A stretch of 64,000 nucleotides of DNA from Octopus sinensis (taxonomy: Eukaryota): assembly GCF_006345805.1 (NCBI RefSeq), contig NC_043013.1, positions 2,666,001 to 2,730,000 of the forward strand. Reading direction: 5' to 3'. Position 1 is the first letter of the stretch. Each line of letters begins with the position of its first letter. This document shows, in pieces, positions 51,981 to 64,000 of this stretch. The notes under the pieces are model-generated. The model did no database searches. It was given only the letters and a program-made list of their open reading frames with translations, and was not told the origin of the DNA. The position numbers were made by a program, and so were the translations under genes.

Positions 51981-53279
51981 TATATAGATCTGTATACACA
52001 TATTTTTCTAGTTTGGTCACAACTGTCAGACGAACGGTAACGACGTGACGCTCTGAGTAAAAGTTGGTGAAGATTTTTCAACTTTAATATATGGATATTA
52101 CTTGAATAATACATATATATTAAAGTTGAAAAATATTCAAGTACTATTTTGATCCAGCTTGTATCTATGCATAAATAAATATATGTATCTATACATATGT
52201 GTGTGTGCATATAAATGTACATTTTTGTGTACACATATACATACATACATGCATACATGCATACATACATACATACATACATACATACATACATACATAC
52301 ATACATACATACATACATACATACATACATACATACATACATACATGCACATACTCACACATTAAAATATAGAATTGTTGTAAATATTCCCAGCATGAAA
52401 CTATTTAGCATGACAGGTGATAACAGAAAATTTTCAAAATTTGATCATTTGGTTGCAACTTACAAAATAGATTGAATGTGACCTTGAATTCCGTTAAAAA
52501 CAAAGGTACGTAACTCTTTGAACGCAGTAAAGCGTATATATTCCCTAAAAATTTTCTTTATCGTTAATAGTGGAAAGCAGTTTTATTGCACGGCTTTGAA
52601 AAGAAAACCTCTCCTCGTGTTGTCCAAAGCGGTGGTACCCTGTGGGACACTTTTGGCAAAAGATAATTTTTCAGATTTTCTTAATTTTTTCTTTTTTTCT
52701 TTTTCATATATTTTATCAAATATCTCATTACTGAGAAGGAATTGCAGAAGCAGAGAACATCTGTTCTTATATTTTTTCATTTTTCTTTTGGTTTAATAAT
52801 AAGCATCATTACAAGAATGGTCACGAAATTGAAGAACACAGTGAAAGGGTCCTGTTCAGTTGAATCGGAACACATGGAGACGTATCTGTTAATATGGCCG
52901 ATAATGATGAGAGAAATGAAACCGTTTAAAACGTCATGTTTTACGAAACAGCAAAAAGATGAGGTTAACGTAACACACAAGACACTTAAAAGCATGATCA
53001 TTAACCTTAACTTCGCCTCCACAGACCGGAATCACCATTGATCACTAAATTTAGCACTCCACTGACCAGCACTATGACGACATTGACCGATAGAAATAGC
53101 AATCAGCCCACATGGGAAATAAGGCAAAATTAGCAGATGTATAAAGGAGCAGATCTCCTTTTTCGCCTTCTCTTTCCGAAATTTCAATTTGTCGTTTCTG
53201 TTGTGTGTATATGATTAATTGTCAGTTATAAGGAGAGAGTGAGTCAGTGAGTGCTTGTGTGTGCGTGCATCCGCGCGCG

Positions 53280-53331
53280 TGTGTGTGTGTATGTTTTTGT
53301 GTGTGTGTATGTGTGTGTGTGTGTGTGTGTG

Positions 53332-53364
<33 letters not shown>

Positions 53365-53528
53365 ATGTGTGTGTGCGTGTGTGTGTATGATTAGTTGTGC
53401 GTGGATGTGTGTATGTAACCGTATGAGTATTTCTATGCATGTAAGCATGTAGAGAGATGAAACATAGAGCGTGTGCACGCCGTTGTGCATTCTTGTAACT
53501 GTTGTATATGTATATATTTGTGTGTTGC

Positions 53529-53579
<51 letters not shown>

Positions 53580-54220
53580 TATATATGTATATACATATAT
53601 ATGTGCGTATATATATATATATATGTATACGCACATATATATATATATATACATATGTATATATATATATATATATGATATATATTGTATATATATATGC
53701 ATAAATTTAAGTATGTTTATATATATGCATATATATATATATGTGTGTGTGTGTATGTGTGTGTGTGCGTGTGTGTATTTGTAAACTGGTAAGAGTATGT
53801 GAGAATGTGAGTAAGTGTTTATGCAAGTATATTTCATATGTGATAAAAAAATATTTGCCATGATTACACATTTTTTGTGTGTTTTGTGTGGTGAATGATA
53901 ATATTCTACGATCATGTTTCTTGCCTCTTCTACCACGGGACTTCGGTGCGTTGTGAGGCTGTAAATAATAGCATTAAACCGCCCCATCCCCATCCCCACC
54001 CCAAAGAGCAACAAAAAAAAAACTGAAGGTAACAAAAATCATTAGGGAAGTAGATTCCTGTGAAATAATCTGTGGCCCTTTAGGGTACACTTACCAATTA
54101 TTTCACACTCTCGCACTCCTGCACTCGGAGAAGCAAACATACACATTTCTTGTATACATATACACCATTACACCACGTCTACAGAATCTCTCTCTCTCTC
54201 TTTCTCTCTCTCTTCCCTTC

Positions 54221-54263
<43 letters not shown>

Positions 54264-55224
54264 TGTGATAATATATATATATATATATATATAGATATAG
54301 ATATATAGATAGATAGATTGAGATATATAGATATATAGATATAAATGTGTGTATATATATATGGATATATGTTTATAGGTATACATCTATGTATGTGGGT
54401 ATGTTTGTATAATATGCACAAACACAGACACACAAACATACACATATATATGAAAAGCACACACTCACACGTATGAGCAAATATACGTGTAAACCGACGA
54501 CCTCGAGACACACTTGCGAGCGCTCAAACACAAAGCAGAAATATGGACGGTCTAAAATTATATAGATTCGAACGGTGCCACCACACACATGTATTTTAGA
54601 TATTGTCACTGCCACACTCACATACACACATGCACACACACATAAACACATAAACACACACACACACACATCTAGATATGTACATACTTATATGTATAAA
54701 CATACCATATTCATACGCTTCAATAACAAGGAGTGCACGTTGGAAGCACAATCATAAAATCATGCATACATACATATATATATATATATATTCATACACA
54801 CATACATACATACACACATACATACATATATATATATATATACATACATACATATATATATATACATACATACATACATATATACATACACACATACATA
54901 CATACATACATACATACATACATACATACATACATACATGCATACATACATACATACATATATACATATATGCATACATACATACATGCATACATACATA
55001 CACACATACATACATACATACATACATACATACATACATACATACATACACACATACGAAAATACACACACACACGCACACACACATACATACGCACTCA
55101 CATACAAGCTTCAACCGATGCATATATACACGGAAATATTTTTTCGAAAGTATCCAATATACTTCAGAAACAATCACACATCGTCACACACAAACACTAC
55201 ACATACACACACACACATAAACAT

Positions 55225-55274
<50 letters not shown>

Positions 55275-55290
55275 TCACATATACATCTCG
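53280..55290. repeat. Compound (TG)n/(TA)n/(CATA)n microsatellite zone
   Basis: Direct reading. Confidence 0.9.
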
Positions 55291-55410
55291 ATGTATGCAA
55301 ATATATACGCAAGAGAGTCATATAGGCTTGAGCAAATGAAGAAATTTATATACAAACACATAAACAAATATATTAGCAAAGAATAATGCGCACGCAGACA
55401 TACAGAGAGC

Positions 55411-55442
<32 letters not shown>

Positions 55443-55815
55443 CACATATAACATACATATCGAGATTTATGCATACATAGGCCATGTATGCTTGAACGAC
55501 TGCATATAACTATCCACAAACATGAACATACACACATACTGGTATATATACCAATGCATATATACAAATCTACATACAGATACGCATGCACACCCCCTCG
55601 CCACACCCACCCACCCACCCACATGTACACACAAAACACATCACACAGAAAATAGTCTGTGTCACGAGACGTTGGTCTTTGCCTCCCCTGTTAAGTCTCG
55701 ATGAAAAATAGCCATGTTAGCAAAAGTTTGAAGCAGAAATATTAGACTGGTTTCATCTGGAAACTTCACTTGTCATTTGAAATAAGAAAATTATGCGTAA
55801 ATGTGAACATGTATG

Positions 55816-55855
<40 letters not shown>

Positions 55856-56569
55856 TATGTGTGTATGTTCTTCGGCTTTTATTTTAAAAGCGTAACATCA
55901 GCAGAGATAGATCCAATTTCCAACCTAGAAACATCAACTAGGTCATGTATGTATGTATGAATGTATGTATGAATGTATGTATGTATGTATGTATGTATGC
56001 ATGTATGTATGTATGTATGTATGTATGCATGTATACAGAGTAAAGTATCCGCACACATTTCTATGTGCGTTTATGCAGGCATATGATTGTAAGTGTCACA
56101 TCTGTTTTGACTTAAGTATGTGTGCATATATGTATATTTGTATGTTTTATCGGCGTGTGTACATAACGTATAACAGACTAACTTCTGAAATGTTTTACAT
56201 ATTTTCACAGTTCTAGTAATTGCTTGTCATTGACATATCTGAATTAACCGTGTTCTTTCTGGTTTTGCGAAACCCAGTTTCTCAATATTGGTGCCGAGGC
56301 AGTTAGTTACATAAGCAAGAACGCCAATGAGTATAGATATAAAACTAAAGTTATAGTCTGGCTGTAGTATCACCAAATTTTTTCCTTAGTTCGGAAGAGA
56401 TGTTTTGTTTTTCTGTTATCTATAACACTGTCTTTTACGTGTCCCTTGTTTCAATCATTAGACTGCGATCATGGAGGGGCGGCACCTTGAAGAATCTTTA
56501 GTCAAATGAGTTGACCCCAGTACTATTTTGTTTTCCAGTTATTTTTTGGCTTTTAAGCCTGGTACAATG

Positions 56570-56775
56570 CGAAGGGTCCTGGCAGAGGGTCATGGTCAAC
56601 CTGGGCGAGCTGATGTGGACTCCTCCTCTCTGGTGAATTGCATCAGTGATGATGCAAAAGCGCGATCCCAAGGTTTCCTGCGATTTTACGCTGATTAAGT
56701 TCACTTTCAGATTGGCCCAACGTATGGCCTCTTTGAAATTCGGACTGTTCTAAGGCTTCTTTTGTACTTGGCATA
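56570..56775 (-). mobile_element. Tc1-type transposase N-terminal remnant
   Basis: MPSTKEALEQSEFQRGHTLGQSESELNQRKIAGNLGI resembles (L)PKTRELSEFDGGQIVGHHEDGICQRQIAQN of the 14.7 kb element. Confidence 0.5.
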
Positions 56776-56789
56776 ATTAAACAGTCACA

Positions 56790-56990
56790 TATAGAACTAT
56801 ATATATAGTTCGAATTTATAGAAAAACAAAAGACGAAGAGAGGAGCAGGAACAATAAGCAAGTGTATTAGTTTGACGCTCGGGAAAAATGGAAAAGTGTC
56901 TTTTACGTTTCGAGCCTACGCTCTTCAACAGAAAGAAATAAAAAGAGAAGGAATGAAAAAAAAAACGGTTTGAGTTCAGCGGTCCGACTT
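56790..56990 (-). mobile_element. PLE terminal fragment with hammerhead motif (56899-56936)
   Basis: Minus: ucuuu-CUGUUGA-a-gagc-guag-gcuc-GAAACGUA-aaaga, then tttttcccgagcgtcaaactaatacac. Confidence 0.7.
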
Positions 56991-57551
56991 ACATATATAT
57001 AGTGCATGCATATGTATTAATGTTTTCTGAATGTATGTATATGGATATGAGTACGAACTTGGTTTATGCGCATGTGTGCGCATATAGTTGGGTATATAAA
57101 CTTATGTATGCACACGTAGATGTTCCTATGTATGTGTAACTCCTACTGTGTTGGTGTATTTTTGTCTACACCTCTGTGTGAATATGTATGTGTACAAATG
57201 TTTAATCGTTTCTATGTATATACAAGTGTGTATGTGTTTGTGTGTGTGTGTGTGAATCCGGGTGGTTTTATACATTTATGTAGATGTACGTCAATATTTG
57301 TGCGAGGTTTTTGTTCGTGCATGTACGTAAGTAGCTTTTGTATATATATCCGTGTATGAATGTGTGTTGTTCTTGTCTTTATTGGATTATGTGTATAGCA
57401 ATATTTAGAAGTGATACCGATAAGTGTCGGATTAAGCTAATCCTATGTATATCCTAATGTATTATATATCGTATCACATGTTAGTGAAATGCAATGCTTT
57501 TGTGACAAACACATGCCCACACGCACATGCATACATACCACATGCACAATA

Positions 57552-57588
<37 letters not shown>

Positions 57589-57631
57589 GCATACGCACAA
57601 CACATATGCATACACACACACATACATCACG

Positions 57632-57675
<44 letters not shown>

Positions 57676-58295
57676 TCACTCACATTACATCACACATGCA
57701 AATAGATGGAAATCTGTGTGTTTTTGCAATTCAGTTCCCCTCTGCCATCTTTTACGGCTTCTCATTCTGGTTTCCTCACTCACTCGCCACATTTATATGA
57801 TACCACACACATGCATATATAAATACACATACACGCACACACACACATACACACACATACACGCACACACACGTACACACACATGTATGTATATAAATGT
57901 CTTTTACTTTTAATCTTTCTCTTGTTTCAGGTCAACGACATCATTTTACCGAACACCACGACCTCTCGCGGTCGTAAACAAACCAACACCAGCAGTCAAG
58001 ATGTGGTGGAGGGCAAGTACAAAAACACAGACATAAAAACATACATGCATATGCACACACTCACACACATGTATGTATGTTTCCATATGTGTGTGTGTCT
58101 TTGTGCGTTCTCCCACCGTGAGTTCGCGGTGTTCGACAAAATAAAGTCGCTGCCCCAGCATGGCCGCAGTCTAATGACAGAAACAGCTGAAAGTTAAACG
58201 GTAAAAGACACTTATAAACATACATACATGTGTGTGTGTGAGTGTGTGTGAGTGTGTGTGTGTATGTGTGTGTATGTGTGTGTGTGTCTATATTT

Positions 58296-58449
58296 ACACG
58301 AGGGGCTTCTTTCAATTTCCGTCAACCAAATCCACTCACAAGGCTTTGGTCGGCCCGAGGCTATAGTAGAAGACACTTGCCCAAGGTGCCAAGCAGTGGG
58401 ACTGAACCCAGAACCACGTGGCTGCGAAACAAAGTTTTTACCATACAGC
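58296..58449 (-). mobile_element. SINE family A, 5' part
   Basis: Head in reverse, divergent from the next copy. Confidence 0.85.
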
Positions 58450-58455
58450 TGTAGG

Positions 58456-58862
58456 CGCAGGAGTGGCTGTGTGGTAAGTAGCTTGTCTACCAACCACATG
58501 GTTCCGGGTTCAGTCCCACTGCGTGGCACCTTGGGCAAGTGTCTTCTACTATAGCCTCGGGCCGACCAAAGCCTTGTGAGTGGATTTGGTAGACGGAAAC
58601 TGAAAGAAGCCCGTCGTATATATGTATATATATGCATGTGCGTGTATGTTTGTGTGTCTGTGTTTGTCCCCCTAGCATTGCTTGACAACCGATGCTGGTG
58701 TGTTTATGTCCCCTAACTTAGCGGTTCGGCAAAAGAGACCGATAGAATAAGTACTGGGCTTAGAAAGAATAAGTCCCGGGGTCGAGTTGCTCAATTTTTT
58801 GCTTGACTAAAGGCGGTGCTCCAGCATGGCCGCAATCAAAATGACTGAAACAAGTAAAAAGA
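58456..58862 (+). mobile_element. SINE family A, full length
   Basis: Complete head to tail. Confidence 0.92.
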
Positions 58863-59522
58863 AAAAGAAAAAAGAAAAAGAAAGCCAAACTTGCGCCCAT
58901 GTTCGTAAGACGTCTACAGGTACGAACTGAGACAGAAAGCGTAGCAGATCCCAATACGGGAGTTGGGGAGTTGAAGCATTCATTTATTACTGACCAGGTG
59001 ATCGTGCAATCGATGAAGCCAAGTGGATTCTGCCTATGTAATGAATACAAACGTCTTTTTCTTGAATAAGCTTAACTATCTCGTTTCCTTTCATGTCTCG
59101 CGAGAATGGAAGATAATTTAACAGCTCCTTAAACACTCACAGATAGGCTACCAATTAGCGTCTAACATAGTCGAGAATCATCACGCCGATATTCTTCTTT
59201 ATTTATGTCTTAGAGTAAAGCCTCAGCATACGGGGAGTAAATTGGTTGTAGCAAATTGCCACACGGTTAGATATTCATAGGTATAAATTACACATAGAGG
59301 CATGCATACATACACGCACGCATAAGCATTTATACACTCACGTGCGCACGCGCACACACACACACATACACACGCACACACACACACATATATGTATATA
59401 ATATCCAATTCTCATACAAGCACATGTCTATGTATGAGTATGTATAAATATGTCGTATAGATATATTGTAGAAAACACATGCTCATAAGTATGTGTATGT
59501 GTGTGCGAGTGTGTGTGTGTGC

Positions 59523-59566
<44 letters not shown>

Positions 59567-59714
59567 TGTGTGTGTGTGCATGTTTAATCGGACTAGTTAT
59601 GTCTTATTCCCTTTAAAATTCAGCAGAAACCCGGGAAGAGTCAAACATGACCAGTCTTCTTAGAGACCTCACCATAATAAACAAACATTTCCACTTTAGG
59701 TATTCAGTATTTAT

Positions 59715-59754
<40 letters not shown>

Positions 59755-59986
59755 ACACACACGCACGCTGTAAACGTCAATGTTTTTTGTGTTGAAGAAA
59801 AGAAATTTTACCATTCTTTTTCAGTGCATGAAGAATAAATTGCGTATCCGAGTCTCTCAGGACGGGGTACAATTAGAAGCATTCAGCTAAAGAATCTACG
59901 ACAGATATAATCACAATGGAATGAAAATTTCTTCACTTAGGTTTTTGTTCACCCAGTCTTTTAAAGAGAAACGCACAAGAATATAT

Positions 59987-60056
<70 letters not shown>

Positions 60057-60225
60057 ATATATATATATATAGACAGACTCATGCAAAAGTTCATTACATA
60101 ATTTCTCGTTCCCTTGTCATTTAAATAACTTTTACTATGCTCTGTACTCCTCCAAGCTTCTTTCTGAAGCGTATGTATATTGAGTTTTGACACCAGTTTA
60201 TTAGTATTGCAATACCTAAGCAATA

Positions 60226-60271
<46 letters not shown>

Positions 60272-60545
60272 TCAGCAACAATTTAGATTCAAATGAATAT
60301 GGCACTTAATTTAGATGCACCAGAATTTTTTATGGTGTTACCTATGCGGGGTGATTATAATCAAAAATAAGCAACAAGATGAATCCGGTAATTTAGTACA
60401 ATTGTTTCATACTACAACATTTTATTAAAAGCTGTAAATATTACAGCAGATTTAAGATGCCGAGTAATCTTCAGCTAATTTTATATAGGTTTTCCAATAA
60501 TATAAAGTTTTCAAATCAATTAATAACATCTTGGGTATATATATA

Positions 60546-60599
<54 letters not shown>

Positions 60600-60611
60600 T
60601 ATATGAGTGTA

Positions 60612-60672
<61 letters not shown>

Positions 60673-60699
60673 ATTTCGTAATACAATTTGTTTTAATAT

Positions 60700-61870
60700 A
60701 TAAAAAAATAAGTAACACAATCAAACCAATCGTACATGAAAATATACCTATATGTCTCATATTGATATTGCTCCTTCTCAACATTGTCGCCACCTCTTTC
60801 AAAGTGTTCCACTTAAGAATGAGAGAATATATCTCAGCTTCGCAAAACACGGCTGGCTGCTGACGTAACCAATTCCTTGCAGTAGTTTTCACTTGTTAAG
60901 CATAATATTTGCTTCTCAATTCTTCTTTGATGTGACTGAAGAGATAGAAGTCCGAGTATGTTAAATAGGTGAGGGAGGAGGATGCGAAAGAGCTTTTCCA
61001 TTTCCTTATTCATCTCCAAATTTGGTTTTCCTTGGTGGAGTCTTGCTCTAAGTCGTTTAAGTTTTTCAATGCATGCTTCAGAGTTGATTGTTTCTCCTCT
61101 TGACAAGAAATCATCAAGAATAACCCCTTCAGCATCCCAAAAGAGAGTCGTTTATGATTTTCCCAGATGCCTTGAATTTTCTTTTCGTTGAAGACCTCGG
61201 ATGATGCCATTCCATCGATTCTCTTTTTGTTTCTGGTTAATAAAGATGAATCCAAGTTTCATCACCAAGTATGTGCTATTGAAAGGTTTTTCTCTTTCAC
61301 TGAAAGAGTACAACACTTTCAATACTATGTTTATCTGTTTGTTGCTTAACTACCCAGCGGACACACACTTTTGAATATTCAAGTGACTCAATAATGTCGT
61401 CAGTACTACCATGGCTAACACGAACCTCTGACGCCTGCTCATCAAGGGTTATGCGCCTAACAGCTCTAATCATAGCGTCTGCTTTTCCCTTCATGGCACG
61501 GTTGACAGTAATTAACGGAATGTCACTACGAAGCATGTTTGCTAAGCCTGAATTTTCAATTTTTTTTTTCCCACTCATTGCTTAGTCTAAAGCCTTTTCT
61601 TTGAAAACGTTTTTCAGTCTTTTACGAATTCTTACAGGAGTCTCTCCTTCAACAAGGAATTCAGTTACAGCTCTTTACTCATTGTCTTGCAGTGGGGCAG
61701 CCATTGTGACATCAGCCAATTCATCTGGAAGGAAAAAATAGGTAATTCAAAAGGAAAAGTACATAGCCTATACATCTATACCAAATATTGAATAATTTCA
61801 TTGAAAACTGCGCCCCTTAGAAAACTATAGGAAGGATAATATTTCAATTACTGTTTGACTCACACTCACA
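60700..61870 (-). mobile_element. Decayed mariner (DD34D-type) transposon
   Basis: YSKVCVRWV, GDETWIHLY*PETKRESMEWHHP, GETINSEACIEKLKRL and NWLRQQPAVFCEAEIYSL motifs; degenerate TIR near 61846-61869. Confidence 0.85.
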
Positions 61871-61904
61871 TGTGTGTGTGTGTATACTCTTTTTTTTTCT
61901 CTTT

Positions 61905-62308
61905 TTTTACTCTTTTCACTTGTTTCAGTCATTTGACAGCGGCCATGCTGGAGCACCGCCTTTAGTCGAGCAAATCGACCCCGGGACTTATTCTTTGTAA
62001 GCCCAGTACTTATTCTATCGGTCTCTTTTGCCGAACCGCTAAGTTACGGGGACGTAAACACACCAGCATCGGTTGTCAAGCAATGCTAGGGGAACAAACA
62101 CAGACACACAAACATATTCACACACACTTATATATATACATATATACGACAGGCTTCTTTCAGTTTCCGTCTACCAAATCCACTCACAAGGCTTTGGTCG
62201 GCCCGAGGCTATAGCAGAAGACACTTGCCCAAGATGCCACGCAGTGGGACTGAACCCGGAACCATGTGGCTGGTTAGCAAGCTACTTACCACACAGCCAC
62301 TCCTGCGC
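61905..62308 (-). mobile_element. SINE family A, full length
   Basis: Complete in reverse. Confidence 0.92.
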
Positions 62309-63864
62309 CTATGTGTGGTCCTTATTTAATCGACTCCAAAGTGATGAAAATAAATGTTGACTTCGGCCGGATTTGAACTCAGTCATAATAATGATATTTC
62401 ATCATAAACACTTAGACAATATGTATGCATATGGATTCATCTATCACTGGGGGTATTTACGGGCAATACGCGTTTGCGTGTATACTTACATTTACATGTA
62501 CACGCTTATAAGCAAAGTCTGGTGTTTGTCATACATACATCACACGGTCGAACTTGCATACGTAGATGCGTACGCAGTGGTTGCGCATCCGTGCGTGAAT
62601 GTATGGATATACATGCAAACGTGCGATCAATGAAACATACAACAATTATGATGTTCGAAAAAACAGAAAAATATATTTTAAAAAATAGAAAATTGCGACA
62701 TGAAGGAATACGGAATACGGAAATTTGAAGATAAAATTACTTGTATTCATAAAAATAAAAATTATATAAGGATTAAGGAAAACAGAGATACGAAATTGTA
62801 AAATTGCAACACCCCAAAATCCATAATAATGACAAAATTGTAGCGATGCGGAACTATAACCAAACAGATATGTGACAACGTAGGGAGTTAAATATTCGGA
62901 TACTCACAGAGTTATCTAATTGTTTTTATGCATCAAATAGTCAGAGGCACGAATCTGAGTGCAACTGGATATTTGATCACCGCTTAAATTTACAGAGAAT
63001 ATATAACAAAACTGTGCAAATACGGAATGCGTGGTGATTAGGTAAAGGATTAATACAGATTAATACACACACACACACACACACAAAAGAAAAAGACAAA
63101 CTTGTTAATAGTAGATTGAAGAATGACTTAAGCATGGGTTATCAGAGAGAGAGAGAGAAGAGTGTTGAGATATATCATTGAAGGAAGTAGAAAAAGTCAT
63201 TTAGGAATTAGTTAAGAGTTTGTTTTCTGTAGGTAGGGGATTAAATGATGGCTTGGTGACAATCAGGAATCTTAAAAATAATTATTGGTTTTGTAGGATG
63301 GAATTTGTAACATTGAGAGAAAACTGCAAAAATTGTCATTTAAATCATTGTAAATTTTCTGAAAATTGTAGGTAATGTGAATATATATAATGATAATAAT
63401 GTATATATGCTTATACACCAGAGTGTGTGTGTGTGTGTATGTGTGTGTTTGGTGTGGTATGTGTATATGTGTATTGCTAAAGAGAGAGACAATATGGTGA
63501 ATTAATTCTTTTGAAGATATTTGGTATCCGGAAATTGTGCCGAAGCCGAAGAAAGAACCGTACCTTTTATTGCGCATTTGACGTTGACATAATCCGTTCT
63601 TGGTTCAGTTCAACTTGACCTTTGAGTGCGCTTAATGGAAGTCACTCTGTTGCAATTATTCAGACGGTGTCCCTGGTTTCGTTCGTACTTTCACCCACAG
63701 GACTCGCAGTCCTGCCAAGGGGTCGTGGATACCGTACTTTCCTTCTTTTAAGAAGCAGCAAATAAAGCAGAACTTAACTCAAGTCGTGACCAAATTCCAA
63801 TTCATTTGCAAGATACACGTCTCGACTCTCATCGAACTGACTTGTAGTTTTCCCTTATCTAGAT

Positions 63865-64000
63865 CAGTGGTTCTCAACCGGGGTCCATATGGGCCCCTCA
63901 GGGTCAATATAAGATTTTTGGGGTCCACACAACAAAATAGTAAATTGAGGATCCACAACAATATTTTAAGAACCCTTAAAAAAGTTTTGCTTTAGTTGTA
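63865..64000 (+). mobile_element. hAT-type MITE, left end
   Basis: cagtggttctcaaccggggtccat preceded by aTCTAGAt (63857-63864), the nTCTAGAn target known for Charlie-type hATs. Confidence 0.7.

Noticed and set aside
52740-53200. ORFs 52742-53041 (+) and 52777-53022 (-) as host exons
   Set aside because: No recognisable homology, non-ATG start on the minus ORF and no convincing splice sites.
58880-59060. Open frame of about 60 codons after the SINE
   Set aside because: No start or splice support and no recognisable protein.

Overview
Repeat-saturated eukaryotic DNA, most likely an octopus (coleoid cephalopod) genome, inferred from the tRNA-headed SINE families and very high microsatellite density. 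No intact protein-coding gene is supported; nearly all supplied ORFs are translated microsatellites. Contents: about 35 SINE copies from three families; decayed LINE fragments (Dong/R4-, RTE-, CR1- and APE-type); Tc1/mariner remnants; a Helitron helicase fragment; hAT-type MITEs; and Penelope-like element (PLE) ends. Main observations: (1) Several families of minimal type I hammerhead-ribozyme (HHR) motifs. One family sits in a PLE 3' fragment that retains its GIY-YIG C-terminus. Two others sit in partial tandem repeats of 272 and 351 bp period that resemble retrozymes (possible circular-RNA retroelements), clustered at 8.7-9.8 kb. (2) A 5'-truncated, tailless histone H4 retrocopy flanked by a 12-bp target-site duplication. 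(3) A housekeeping-type promoter motif cluster (NRF1/ETS/YY1/CRE) with a possible minus-strand first exon. (4) A perfect palindromic estrogen-response element next to a second imperfect one. All alignments, translations and folds were done by eye and coordinates of decayed elements are approximate.
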